A stretch of 64,000 nt of DNA from an uncultured Poribacteria bacterium (lineage in GTDB: Bacteria; Poribacteria; WGA-4E; WGA-3G), in NCBI GenBank assembly GCA_951813565.1, contig OX638351.1:1632001-1696000 (forward strand), written 5' to 3'. Under the pieces are notes generated by a model. The model did no database searches. It was not told where the DNA came from and saw only the letters and a program-made list of their open reading frames with translations. A program made the position numbers and the translations under genes. This document shows positions 1-10,806 of this stretch, in pieces. How positions within the stretch are numbered: position 1 is the first letter of the stretch; each line of letters begins with the position of its first letter.

Positions 1-115
1 ACATTAAATGCAACAAAAAATTGAACTACTCAGGAAATTCAGATAAAATACATTAACACAATTAACTACCAAGCGGTACATTACCATTGAAAAACCAAAT
101 AAAATGAGGCGGTTT

Positions 116-757
116 ATGACAAAATTAGAACAGATGCAACGTATTGAGGCATGCGGCATCGTTGCGATAATTCGCGCCAACAGTTCGAATGAATTGATTG
201 AAGCGGCAGTGGCTATTCAAACTGGAGGTGTTGACGTTATTGAAATAACGATGACAACACCCGATGCGTTACGGGTGATCAGCGAAGTGTCAACCCGTTT
301 AGGCGATGCTGTCTTAGTCGGTGTCGGATCGGTATTAGACGCTGAGACAGCCCGTGCAGCAATGCTCGCTGGCGCTGAATTCGTCGTCAGTCCCGTTACA
401 AAGCCAGACGTAATAGAAATCTGCAATCGGTATGGCAAGGTTGTTATACCAGGGGCATTTACACCTACAGAGATTTTGACAGCATGGGAAACAGGCGCAG
501 ATTATGTGAAAGTCTTCCCTTCAAGTGGAGTCGGTCCCGCCTACATCAAAGATATAAAAGCACCCCTTCCACAGATTCCACTTATTCCGACTGGCGGCAT
601 CAATGCGGAAAATGCTGCTGAATTCATTAATGCTGGTGCATCAGCATTAGGTGTTGGCAGCTCACTTGTCAGTAATTCTCTAATCGAATCTGGGGACTTC
701 GCGATGCTTACAGAAAGAGCGAAAATTTTGGTTGCTGCTGTTAAATCTGTCAAATGA
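116..757 (+). CDS. eda: KDPG/KHG aldolase
   Basis: Motifs IEITMTTP, VGVGSV, FVVSP, PGAFTPTE, VKVFP, PTGGI. ATG 116 follows GAGG (the ORF track starts at 104). Confidence 0.9.
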   Translation: MTKLEQMQRIEACGIVAIIRANSSNELIEAAVAIQTGGVDVIEITMTTPDALRVISEVSTRLGDAVLVGVGSVLDAETARAAMLAGAEFVVSPVTKPDVIEICNRYGKVVIPGAFTPTEILTAWETGADYVKVFPSSGVGPAYIKDIKAPLPQIPLIPTGGINAENAAEFINAGASALGVGSSLVSNSLIESGDFAMLTERAKILVAAVKSVK

Positions 758-1055
758 AAGATAAACGAAAATAATACTATTAACGTCTGACAAATAATTT
801 AGTCATGTTTGCGGTTAGACGTTACTTTTTTCGCAATTTAACGATACGCCGTCGATCTGTGATGTTCACTTACAAACTGCAATTTTCACTTACAAAACGC
901 TCCTACCCAATTCTTTAAAACTTTAATTCATTAGACATTCCACATTAATACCGTTTTTACGTTGACAGTTGATTTTATTTTTGCTAATTTTTAAATAGAG
1001 ACAATAAACCCATAAAATTTTATTAAAAGCGGATATAACTTAGCGAATAATCGTT

Positions 1056-3047
1056 ATGAAGATTAACGAATTGATATTAGGAAAATATAGGTTGCTTGAG
1101 TATCTCAGCTCAGGCAGCTTTTCGTCTGTCTTTCGCGCGCACGAAGAAATGACGAACCGCATTGTTGCGATCAAAGCTCTCTCCAAGGATGCTTATCCTG
1201 CAGATAGGATGCGTTATCTTTTAACCGAGTTTCAAGCAATGTCAAATATATGGGGACATCCTAATATTGTCTCAATCCATACTGTTGAACCGGGTAAGGA
1301 CAACTATATTGCATGGATAGTGATGGAGTATATTGAAGGCGATAACCTACATCAACTCGTTCAACAAGGTGACTTAACCCTAAATGATGTTCTCAATATT
1401 GGCTTAGATATTTGCAACGGTTTAAAAGCTGCGCATGCTCACAATATCCTGCACCGGGATATTAAGCCACAAAATATATTGCTTACCCCCGAAAAAGAAG
1501 CGAAAATAGCGGATTTTAGTATCGCACGCATTTTTGGTGAAACAAGTAAATTTGCAGTTACTATGACTGGTACCCGACGCTATATGGCACCAGAACAACA
1601 CTTTGGTGCTTATGATTTCCGAGCTGATTTGTATGCTACAGGTTTAGTCCTTTATGAGGCACTCACAAAACAGTTTCCATTTGCGGGCGAAGCGGATGAA
1701 ATTGACAGGAAAAAAGCCTCAGGCGAAATAGAGAACCTTGAGAAATGCCCCGAGGAATTTCGTAATTTTTCGATGAAAGCACTCCATCGAGATGTGGATA
1801 AACGTTACCAAACGGCATCTGAAATGTACGAGGAGCTTGATCGAATTCGCCGCTGGCAATACGAACAGCAAGCCTCTATCCTGATTTCTGAGAGTTCTAA
1901 TTCCCCATCAACTGAATTGGCCGGAGCACTTGAACGTTGCCGAAAAACCTTCCGATTACAAATTGATACTGCCGAGCGAATTAACCAGAACCTCTTTTTT
2001 GAGATGCGTAGCAAAGTCGAAAAGGAAAATCGCGAAAAACTAAAGATTCGGACCATGCAGCACTATACTGAAGCGATTGAATATGCACGGAGCGGAGACA
2101 CAGATGAAACACTTCGGGAACTCCATAAGGCACACTCTCTCTGCTTAAAGGATGCAGAACTCGTCGCTCAAGCCGACACACTCTTAAAAGAGATGAGCAC
2201 AGTTTTACCACCTACAGATGCGCTGACGATCCACGAAATCGCTGAACTGATTAGGAAACTGCCTGAAGCGGAAAAGTTGAGTTTATTTTATGAATTAAAT
2301 ATTGATGAATCTCAGCTTGAACCGGAAGTTGAGATTAAGCCAGAATATGAGTTTGAGCCAGAAGAGGAAGAAAAAGAATTTGATACACAACTTGCCCCGA
2401 ACACCAAAGTGCAAACGAGCGGCAATTACCGCGTATTAATCGAAGAAGCTTCTCCGGAATTTTTATTGGACAAAGTTCACGAAGATATACAATATCCGCA
2501 TGAGGAAGAAGCGGCATATATTTATCAGCAAGCACAAATTTTTACACAACAAGAAAACATACGCCGATGCCTCATCCAATATAAGAGACTTGGTGCTTTT
2601 TACCATAGATATGCCAGACGTTTTATCAAAATGGACGAAATAGAACTCGTTGCAAATTGTTATACACGTGCACGTTTTGCTTACGCAGCAGCTAAAAAGC
2701 AACGGGACGCAAAGAAAAATGCAAGAAATGGAGCCGCGTACTACGTCCATCTGGCACGACAGTTAGAAATGCAGCGCGCATGGATAGAAGCGGGGAAATC
2801 TTATATCCTTGCTGCGGACAATTTTCGCTATGCGCAACTCATCCCAGATGTTGAAAAATGCGAATCTTCCGCAACTGTTTGCTATTTTAATGCTGCTGAA
2901 AGTGCTCATCTCAACGGTGATTTTCAAACTGCTTATGATTATTACATGCTAATTTTAGCGATTGGCGAAAGTTTGCCAAATCCTCCAAGGTCAGTACTTG
3001 AGGCACAAAAATTGCTCGACGAAATCCAGAAAGAGAATTACGGATAA
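1056..3047 (+). CDS. Cytoplasmic Hanks-type Ser/Thr protein kinase with helical (TPR-like) C-terminal region
   Basis: VAIK, HRDIKPQN, DFS, GTRRYMAPEQ, DLYATG; no TM segment; Ala/Tyr-rich helical C-terminus. Confidence 0.9.
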   Translation: MKINELILGKYRLLEYLSSGSFSSVFRAHEEMTNRIVAIKALSKDAYPADRMRYLLTEFQAMSNIWGHPNIVSIHTVEPGKDNYIAWIVMEYIEGDNLHQLVQQGDLTLNDVLNIGLDICNGLKAAHAHNILHRDIKPQNILLTPEKEAKIADFSIARIFGETSKFAVTMTGTRRYMAPEQHFGAYDFRADLYATGLVLYEALTKQFPFAGEADEIDRKKASGEIENLEKCPEEFRNFSMKALHRDVDKRYQTASEMYEELDRIRRWQYEQQASILISESSNSPSTELAGALERCRKTFRLQIDTAERINQNLFFEMRSKVEKENREKLKIRTMQHYTEAIEYARSGDTDETLRELHKAHSLCLKDAELVAQADTLLKEMSTVLPPTDALTIHEIAELIRKLPEAEKLSLFYELNIDESQLEPEVEIKPEYEFEPEEEEKEFDTQLAPNTKVQTSGNYRVLIEEASPEFLLDKVHEDIQYPHEEEAAYIYQQAQIFTQQENIRRCLIQYKRLGAFYHRYARRFIKMDEIELVANCYTRARFAYAAAKKQRDAKKNARNGAAYYVHLARQLEMQRAWIEAGKSYILAADNFRYAQLIPDVEKCESSATVCYFNAAESAHLNGDFQTAYDYYMLILAIGESLPNPPRSVLEAQKLLDEIQKENYG

Positions 3048-3396
3048 ACGCGAAGTTTTTAAGAATGCTTGGGCAAGGTATATCAATGCAGCCATCTGCA
3101 TTGATAGTGGGTTTTACAATTGATTTTATATTCTCATTTGGCACGGACAAAGTGTTCCACAGTTTTAAAGTCGCGACCTGGAGGCCGCTCCCGACAAATA
3201 CCAAACGCTTATTTGGCGTTGATTCACAGGAAGATACACAATGAATTGCGCGACGACAAACACACCAAATCTATAAAACAATGTAAAGGTAATTTTAGAT
3301 TTCACTATATGTTTATGAATGTGTGTTGATAATTTTTTTTGCGAACAGAGTTTATGGTGTCTCATTGATTCAGTTTTTACTATATGGTCGGATATA

Positions 3397-4404
3397 ATGG
3401 AAACCTATGACATTCTTGCGATTGGTCGGAGTTCCATAGACTTGTACTCTAATGATATAGGGAGTCCGTTTTCTGAAATTACAAGTTTTGGTGCATTCGT
3501 TGGCGGGTGTCCTACTAATATCAGTGTGGGGACACGTCGCCTCGGGCTACGGTCAGTTCTTCTCACAGCGGTTGGTGATGACCCAGTCGGAGAATTTCTA
3601 CTCAAATTTTTGAATGATGAAGGCGTTGAAACGCGTTTCATCGTCAACAAACCGGGGCACCGAACGAGTGCTGTTGTTCTTGGAATTGAGCCGCCTGACC
3701 GATTCCCACTCATCTATTACCGTGATAACTGCGCGGATATTGAACTCACAATTGATGACGTTATTGCGTCACCGATTGCAGAAAGCCGCGCCGTGTTGAT
3801 ATCCGGCACTGGTCTCAGTAAAGAACCGAGTCGTAGTGCTACTCTTTATGCAGCAGAGCAGGCAAAAGTCTTTGACCGAACGGTATTTTTGGATTTGGAT
3901 TTTCGCGCAGACCAATGGCATGACCCGCGTGCTTTCGGTGTGAGTGTCCGGTCTGTCTTGCGTAATGTTGACATCGCTATCGGGACTGAAGAGGAGATTA
4001 AAGCAGCATCCCTGACCGATGTCTCACACATGTCAATAGAACATTCTCAAATCTCAAATCCGAACATTGAAGGGGATATGGAAGCTGCCATCGCAACAAT
4101 TCTAAATACAGGGCCTGAGGCATTAGTAGTGAAGCGCGGCAGTGACGGAGCGGATATCTACTTAAAGCATGGAGAAGTCATTCATGCGCCTCCTTTTCCA
4201 GTTGAAATCTATAACACACTCGGAGCAGGTGATGCGTTTGCCAGCGGTTTTATTTATGGCATACTAAATGGATGGGATTGGCGAAAATCGGCTCGACTTG
4301 GTAATGTGACTGGGGCAATTGTTGTTACACGCCACGGATGCGCAAACTTTATGCCTACGATGGCAGAAGTCAAAACTTTTGTTGAACAACGTGGTGAACT
4401 TTAA
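3397..4404 (+). CDS. iolC: 5-dehydro-2-deoxygluconokinase (PfkB family)
   Basis: GRSSIDLY, GGCPTN, FPLIYYR, DLDFRADQW, GAGDAFASG; adjacent to iolD; start taken at METYDIL. Confidence 0.9.
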   Translation: METYDILAIGRSSIDLYSNDIGSPFSEITSFGAFVGGCPTNISVGTRRLGLRSVLLTAVGDDPVGEFLLKFLNDEGVETRFIVNKPGHRTSAVVLGIEPPDRFPLIYYRDNCADIELTIDDVIASPIAESRAVLISGTGLSKEPSRSATLYAAEQAKVFDRTVFLDLDFRADQWHDPRAFGVSVRSVLRNVDIAIGTEEEIKAASLTDVSHMSIEHSQISNPNIEGDMEAAIATILNTGPEALVVKRGSDGADIYLKHGEVIHAPPFPVEIYNTLGAGDAFASGFIYGILNGWDWRKSARLGNVTGAIVVTRHGCANFMPTMAEVKTFVEQRGEL

Positions 4405-4448
4405 CTCATTCAAATGTTCTGTGGAATATAGAACAGAGGATTTTTAAA

Positions 4449-6317
4449 ATGAAAAATCGAGAATTAACTATGGGGCAAGCCATAGTACAATTTCTTAAGC
4501 AGCAATATGTTGAACGTGATGGAATTGAAAGGGCTTTTTTTGCAGGTATGTTTGGTATCTTTGGACATGGAAACGTGGCAGGGATTGGGCAAGCACTGCA
4601 CCAATACTCCGATGTGTTCCGTTTTTATCAGACGCGCAATGAACAATCTATGGTACATACTGCTGCAGCTTATGCCAAGATGTCTAACCGCCTCAGCACC
4701 TTTGCTTGTACCTCTTCTATCGGGCCGGGGGCAACTAACATGCTCACTGGTGCTGCAGGGGCGACAATTAACCGATTACCTGTGCTATTATTGCCGGGAG
4801 ATATTTTTTCAACGCGTTTAGTCGCACCTGTTTTACAGCAGTTGGAATCTCCCAATTCACAAGACTTTTCGGTCAATGATTGTTTCAAACCGGTTTCTCG
4901 CTACTGGGACCGCATCAACCGTCCTGAGCAGATTATCACTGCACTGCCAGAGGCGATGCGTGTGCTCACTTCACAAGCTGAAACAGGAACCGTGACGTTA
5001 GCCTTACCACAAGATGTCCAAGCGGAAGCATTCCCTTATCCTGAACAACTCTTTGAAAAACGGGTTTATACTATTGCAAGACCTCGTGCAGATGCGCATC
5101 TGCTAAACCGCGCTGTAGAATGGATTTCAAATAGCGAAAGACCATTAATCATTGCAGGCGGCGGTGTTATCTATAGCGAGGCAACTGAACAGTTAGCAAA
5201 ATTTGCTGAGCAAACCGGCATCCCTGTCGGTGAAACCTTTGCAGGTAAAGGTTCATTACGGTATGACCATCCACAAAACCTTGGGGCAATTGGTGCTACT
5301 GGCACACCTGGTGCAAACATCGCTGCGCGTGAAGCAGATTTAGTCATTGCCATTGGAACGCGATTGAGCGACTTCACAACTGCGTCTAAAACCGCTTTTC
5401 AAAATCCGAATGTTCGGTTTATCACTATTAATATTGCGGAGTTTGATGCTGCGAAACACGCAGCCCTACCGTTAGTTGCAGACGCTCGTGTCACACTGTC
5501 TGAATTATCAGATGCTATCGGAACGTATCAAATTAATACTGATTACGCAACACAGATTGAAAATTACCGAGATGCGTGGGAAGAAGAAGTGGAAAGGCTT
5601 TTCCATCTTGATCATCAACCGTTGCCGAGTCAGAGTGAAGTTATCGGAGTTGTTAATGAATTTTCGCGTCCTGAAGATGTCGTTGTCTGTGCTGCGGGAA
5701 GCCTGCCCGGCGATCTCCACAAACTGTGGCGTACGCGTAACCCGAAACAATTCCATCTGGAATACGGCTACTCCTGTATGGGATATGAAATCGCTGGCGG
5801 ATTAGGCATTAAAATGGCTGACCCTACGCGCGACGTCTATGTACTTGTCGGCGATGGCTCATATCTCATGTTAGCACAAGAAATCATCACATCAATTCAG
5901 GAAGGCTATAAGTTTATTATTGTGCTTATCAATAACGATGGACACAGCAGTATTGGCGGATTGTCGCAGGCAACAGGTGCACAAGGTTTTGCTACACGAT
6001 TCCGATACCGTGATGATGACACCGGAGAATTGAAGGGAGATATTTTGCCCGTTGACCTTGCCGCGAATGCAGAGAGTCTTGGTGCTAACGTCATTGAGGC
6101 AACAACGACGCAAAGTTTAAAGGCTGCACTACAGGAAGCGCGAGATAGTGATAGAACAGCCGTCGTCAAAATTGATGTCCATTTTGACGTGCGGGTTCCA
6201 CAGTACGAATCGTGGTGGGATGTGCCTGTGGCAGAAGTTTCAGAGGTAGACTCTGCAAAACAAGCATTTCAAGAGTATAAAGAAGCAAAGCAGAAAGAGC
6301 GATATTTCCTCGGTTAG
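4449..6317 (+). CDS. iolD: 3D-(3,5/4)-trihydroxycyclohexane-1,2-dione acylhydrolase (ThDP-dependent)
   Basis: GIFGHGNVAG, RNEQSM, SSIGPGATN, EYGYSCMGYE, GDGSYLM, WWDVPV. Confidence 0.95.
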   Translation: MKNRELTMGQAIVQFLKQQYVERDGIERAFFAGMFGIFGHGNVAGIGQALHQYSDVFRFYQTRNEQSMVHTAAAYAKMSNRLSTFACTSSIGPGATNMLTGAAGATINRLPVLLLPGDIFSTRLVAPVLQQLESPNSQDFSVNDCFKPVSRYWDRINRPEQIITALPEAMRVLTSQAETGTVTLALPQDVQAEAFPYPEQLFEKRVYTIARPRADAHLLNRAVEWISNSERPLIIAGGGVIYSEATEQLAKFAEQTGIPVGETFAGKGSLRYDHPQNLGAIGATGTPGANIAAREADLVIAIGTRLSDFTTASKTAFQNPNVRFITINIAEFDAAKHAALPLVADARVTLSELSDAIGTYQINTDYATQIENYRDAWEEEVERLFHLDHQPLPSQSEVIGVVNEFSRPEDVVVCAAGSLPGDLHKLWRTRNPKQFHLEYGYSCMGYEIAGGLGIKMADPTRDVYVLVGDGSYLMLAQEIITSIQEGYKFIIVLINNDGHSSIGGLSQATGAQGFATRFRYRDDDTGELKGDILPVDLAANAESLGANVIEATTTQSLKAALQEARDSDRTAVVKIDVHFDVRVPQYESWWDVPVAEVSEVDSAKQAFQEYKEAKQKERYFLG

Positions 6318-6533
6318 GTTTACTTTTGTAATCTATCTCTTTGAATTTGCAGTGTTTGTAGTCGCGCAATTCATTGCGCCTCTTATCTTCTTGTAGGAGC
6401 GAGCTCCAGCTCGCGACTTGTGGTCAAAACTGTAGGAGACTTGGTAAACACACCGAACGACAGTATCCCATTAATTGTAAAATCTACTATAATTATAACT
6501 TAGCCAAAATCTCAACAAGGAGAATCCAACTCT

Positions 6534-6773
6534 ATGAAATCATCAGAACTATTATCCAAACTTAAAGAAGGTGAAGCCATTCCGTGCGACAACTGCGATG
6601 GCACAATTCCAGCTGACGAGATGATGCGTTTCGTCTTTAAATTAGGAAAACTCGCGCCACGCATGGAAAACACAAATGTTGGCGACATCACTTGTGTCCA
6701 ATGCCAAGTAGACGATCCTGATATTAAGATTACACCGCGTGGACCTGACGTCAAATTTGTACGCGGTGATTAA
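6534..6773 (+). CDS. Small putative zinc-binding protein (79 aa)
   Basis: AAGGAG RBS; CDNC and CVQC pairs. Confidence 0.7.
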   Translation: MKSSELLSKLKEGEAIPCDNCDGTIPADEMMRFVFKLGKLAPRMENTNVGDITCVQCQVDDPDIKITPRGPDVKFVRGD

Positions 6774-7172
6774 CTTAAATGAGTATTGGAAGTTTAGGAA
6801 CACCTCCCACCATCTTTGTGGAATTGTTGTTAAACTATTTGTAGGTAAAGATATTAGTCTATGATAAAAAGAAAATATATCGTAAATCATTATGGATTCA
6901 GCTATTGCTTTTGTGCATTGTAAGTCTGTTTGTTTACGCAGAAGATGCAGAGGAATGGATACCCGATGCAAACTTGCAGCAAACAGTGAGCGAGGCTTTA
7001 GAACTAACAGCAGATGAACCTTTGACAAAAGAAAAAATGCTGCAACTAACGAAATTGCATGCGTGAAAAAAAGGCGTTGTGAATATACAAGGATTAGAAT
7101 TTGCAGTAAACCTGACTGAGCTTGAGTTAGCCGGTAACCCCATAAAGAATATCAGTCCTCTTCAAGGTCTAA

Positions 7173-7575
7173 TACCAAATTAACGGGATTTATCGCATTT
7201 TCCGGACGGTAGGTGCGGTTTCCTAACCGCTCCATAACTGTCAATTTAAGAAAAAAAGCGTTTGTAGTCGTGCAATTCATTGCCAAATCAACGCCAAGCG
7301 CACTTGGGCGAATACGCGTGGTATTCGCCATGACTTGTCGCCTCGGACATTCTGTAGGAGCGAGCTCCAGCTCGCGACCGGGAGGTCGCTCCTACAGAAG
7401 AAAATCGGGGTTGAAAACCCGACAAATGCCAAAAAGCGCATTTGGCGTTGATTTGGCAGCATGCCAAACGCGCATGCTGCGTTGATTCACTCCCACAAGA
7501 GGGTATATCCTTAAATTGACGCATAAGGTACGTTTTCCTAACTGCTCCATAAATATGAATCAAGTTAATGTGGTA
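7173..7575. mobile_element. MITE family A (composite, carries nested elements)
   Basis: TIR TACCAAATTAAC/GTTAATGTGGTA; TAA duplicated at 7170-7172 and 7576-7578; interrupts the LRR gene. Confidence 0.85.
7234..7526. mobile_element. MITE family B nested in MITE A
   Basis: TIR core GTCAATTTAAG/CTTAAATTGAC; flanked by an imperfect 22-bp direct repeat (7212-7233, 7527-7548) that is itself a hairpin. Confidence 0.8.
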
Positions 7576-8007
7576 TAATCAACCTGACGCACCTCGGTCT
7601 CGGTTCTACCAACCTGTCAGATTTATCGCCATTAGCATCTCTGACAGCCCTTATAGACTTGGATTTAGGAGACAATCAGATCTCAGATTTATCGCCACTC
7701 TCCGAACTAAAATCTCTTACAAAATTGGATTTACAGTACAATCAAATCTCAGATTTATCACCATTAGTTGATCTGAAAGCCTTGAAAGATATAAACTTGA
7801 TAAATAACCCGATCAGCAATTTAGGTCCACTTTCAAATCTCACAAATTTAGAAGTATTGGATATCGCTTATTGTAGAGTTTCTGATGTGTCTCCGCTTGT
7901 GGGTCTTGAGAAACTTCCGATATTAGTAATGCACAGCGCATTGCGTGCCGTAGTCCGAGAGGAACTTCGTTTATCTAATGTAGTGCCCTTGACCAAAGAC
8001 AATATTA

Positions 8008-8915
8008 TAGTAGATCCTAAAAATAAGTTTACATTTTCTGAGATTTATGTTAGCGTTTATGATTATGGCATATTCAACAGATCTACGTAAAAGCGTCCTT
8101 GATTTCATCAATAATGGTGGGAGTAAAACCGCTGCTAAACGCACCTTCGGTGTCTCAAGAAGGACAATCTATAACTGGTTAGAAGCAGAAGACCCCTTTG
8201 CCTATAAGAAGCCGGGTCCCAAAGGACCCCGACACATTGATTATGATGCGCTTCAACAACATATTGCCGATTTTCCCGATAGCACACTCGCCGAACGTGC
8301 CAAACACTTCGGTGTTTCAACAAACGGCATCTTTTATGCCTTGGCAAAACTCAATATCACGCGAAAAAAAAGACCACGACCTACAAAGAACAGTGTCCGA
8401 TAAAACGCCAAGAGTATCTCTCGGCACTACAACAAGAGACACACGAGCAAGGCAAAAAACCGGTTCATCTTGACGAAAGTGGTTTCACCGAAACCGATTT
8501 CCGTCGGTATGCTTATGCCCCAAAAGGTGTCCGTGTTGAAGATAAAGTGCCGAGCCATCGGTATACCACCACGACCTTGATTGCCGCACGGCTTGATGGA
8601 TGTTTCACAGCACCTGTGCTTTTCAAAGGTAGTTGCGATGCGGTTGCCTTCAACGCTTGGCTTTCGGAGATGTTATGTCCTTTGCTTGACGATAGCCACG
8701 TTGTGATTATGGATAATGCCTCTTTCCACAAAGGTTCACAAACAGAAGCATTGATCCGGGAATGCGGTGCGAGTTTGTTGTTTTTACCGCCATATTCCCC
8801 GGAGTTGAATCCGATTGAGAAGGATTTCGCTAACATCAAGCGGATACGTCAATACAACGCTGAGACCTCTATTGACGATATTATAAAAGTGTCCAAGTAA
8901 TTACAGGTTTTACTA
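8008..8915 (+). mobile_element. IS630-family insertion sequence
   Basis: TA duplication (8006-8007, 8916-8917); ends TAGTAGATCCT/AGGTTTTACTA; transposase inside. Confidence 0.92.
8065..8900 (+). CDS. IS630 transposase (two frames joined by a -1 shift at A8G, 8364-8372)
   Basis: MAYSTDLRK HTH orfA; orfB has HLDESGF, IMDNASFH, LPPYSPELNPIE (DDE). Confidence 0.9.
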
Positions 8916-9326
8916 TAAAGACTTAAGTCCACTTGCAGAACTGAAAAAACTCCGACATTTGAATCTTTCAGATAACAGTATTAAAGACTTAAGTCCGCTT
9001 ACGGGACTTACGAATTTGGAGGAGTTGTGGATTGAGAACAATCCGGCAACTGATTTCAGTCCGTTGACTGCTTTGAATCTTACAGACTTTCTATCCGATA
9101 TGGATGTAAATGATGATGGCGTTGTGAATATTTTGGATTTGGTTGCTATTGCGAATGCGTTTGGTAAAGCAGAACCTGATCTGAATGGTGATGGTGTTGT
9201 GAATATTCAAGATTTGGTTATTGTCGCAAATGCTTTTTGAGGGCAAGTTTGTTCATAATCTTTGTCTACAGCGCGATTAGTTTCAATTAGTGTTGGTACA
9301 TACTTTGCATCTGAAGGGGAATCCGT

Positions 9327-10064
9327 ATGTCGGAACAAATTGTTGGTAGAAATCCGGTTATGGAAGCACTTCGGAGTGGTGTGCGGCAGATAGAAAAAAT
9401 CTTGATTGTACAAGGCAGTGAACATTCTCGTCTCCGACAGATAATTGCTGCTGCTGACCGTAAAGGTATCCCTTACCAACGTTGTCCAAGGCATCATTTA
9501 GATAGATTGCACCCGAATCATCAAGGTGTGATCGCCTATATCAGTGAGTTTCGCTATACAGAACTGTCAACGCTTCTGAAAAAAATTGGAAATAAAAAAG
9601 ATGTACCTGCTATCTTAATTATGTTAGATCAGGTTCAGGATCCAAGAAATTTAGGTGCGATTCTACGGACTGCTAATGCAACGGATACGGATGGGGTACT
9701 AATACCCAAAAACAACGCCGCTGAGATTACGGCTGCAGTCCACAAAGCATCTGCAGGTAGCACAGAATGGACACCGATTACGAAGGTAACAAACTTGGCC
9801 CAAACCATTGAAAAACTAAAGTCAGTTGGGGTGTGGGTCGTTGGCACTGCTGAGGAGGCGGAACTTACATATACCGCTGCAGACTTTACAGTGCCGTTGT
9901 GCATTGTTTTGGGAAACGAGGGGGAAGGAATTCGGAGGCTCGTAAAACAGAAATGTGATTATCTCGTGCATCTACCTATGTTAGGTCAAATTCGTTCGCT
10001 GAACGTATCTGTTACGGCGGGGGTGCTGTTATACGAGGTTCTTCGGCAACGCAGTGTTAAATAA
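9327..10064 (+). CDS. rlmB: 23S rRNA Gm2251 2'-O-methyltransferase (SpoU/TrmH family)
   Basis: GRNPVMEAL, HQGVIA, DPRNLGAILR, GNEGEG, SLNVSV. Confidence 0.9.
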   Translation: MSEQIVGRNPVMEALRSGVRQIEKILIVQGSEHSRLRQIIAAADRKGIPYQRCPRHHLDRLHPNHQGVIAYISEFRYTELSTLLKKIGNKKDVPAILIMLDQVQDPRNLGAILRTANATDTDGVLIPKNNAAEITAAVHKASAGSTEWTPITKVTNLAQTIEKLKSVGVWVVGTAEEAELTYTAADFTVPLCIVLGNEGEGIRRLVKQKCDYLVHLPMLGQIRSLNVSVTAGVLLYEVLRQRSVK

Positions 10065-10806
10065 CACCTTCCTCTTTTAAACTGTAAAAGATACCATCAC
10101 CGATAATGATGTGATCTAACACTTTGATGCCGACGTAGTTTCCGGCTTCAATCAATTGCTTTGTCGCACGGATATCCTCTTGGCTCGGCTGTGGATCACC
10201 AGATGGATGGTTATGCGCAAGCACAATAGAGTTTGCGGATTCCTCAATAGCAAATCGAAAAATTTCACGCGGATGAAAAACGCTCGCGTTTAACGTGCCT
10301 TCAAACACTGTATCTTCAGAAAGTAGTTTTTTGCCCCACTGAATCTCGTTATTGGCATCACCCGCAATGCCTTGCGTTGTGACGCCGCCTTTGGTGTCAA
10401 GGCACATCACACAAACGACTTCCTTTCGGAGGTCGCGCATAAGTGGCATTAATAGACCGGCAACATCGCTGGGGGAGGAAATTTTGACTCGGTCAGCATG
10501 TGAACGGGCTAAACGGCGTCCTAATTCAAATGCAGCGACCAGTTGTGCAGCTTTGGCTGCGCCAACACCTTTAATGGACTCAAACTGCTTTGGTCGGTTT
10601 TCTGCCATCCGCTTGAGATCGTTATTATATTCAGTCAATATCTGTTCACCAAGTTGGACAGCAGTAGTGCCTTTGAAACCGCTTTTGAGAATAAGCGCGA
10701 GAAGTTCTGAGGTTTTCAAATGTGAAGGACCGTGTTTATAAAGCCGTTCACGAGGACGTTCATCTTCGGGTAGGTCTTTGATTCGCAATCTGTCAACGGA
10801 ATACAT
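10057..10806 (-). CDS. radC: RadC family JAB-domain protein
   Basis: RPRERL, ELLALIL, HhH KGVGAAKA, HPREIF, HNHPSGDPQPSQED, LDHIIIG. Confidence 0.92.
   Translation of the reverse strand: MYSVDRLRIKDLPEDERPRERLYKHGPSHLKTSELLALILKSGFKGTTAVQLGEQILTEYNNDLKRMAENRPKQFESIKGVGAAKAAQLVAAFELGRRLARSHADRVKISSPSDVAGLLMPLMRDLRKEVVCVMCLDTKGGVTTQGIAGDANNEIQWGKKLLSEDTVFEGTLNASVFHPREIFRFAIEESANSIVLAHNHPSGDPQPSQEDIRATKQLIEAGNYVGIKVLDHIIIGDGIFYSLKEEGVI

Larger units (their letters stand above)
6861..9240 (+). pseudogene. Secreted leucine-rich-repeat protein with C-terminal dockerin-like domain, multiply disrupted
   Basis: Signal peptide (SLWIQLLLLCIVSLFVYA) out of frame with ATG 6861; in-frame TGA at 7064; internalin-like LRRs; DVNDDGVVNILDLV/DLNGDGVVNIQDLV. 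Removing the MITE (7173-7575) and the IS630 (8008-8915) restores frame (QGL|INLT, KDNI|KDLSPL). Confidence 0.9.

Noticed and set aside
7064..7066. In-frame TGA as an alternative genetic code or selenocysteine
   Set aside because: TGA terminates many intact genes here (eda, glnE, nfeD) and this gene has other inactivating lesions.
7421..7489. Tandem hairpin units as a CRISPR mini-array
   Set aside because: No constant repeat with unique spacers, at most two units per site, dispersed copies, and no cas genes in the window.
7213..7563. Short ORFs in repeat regions (also 3120-3365, 6374-6565, 45577-46048)
   Set aside because: They are translations of REP/MITE sequence.
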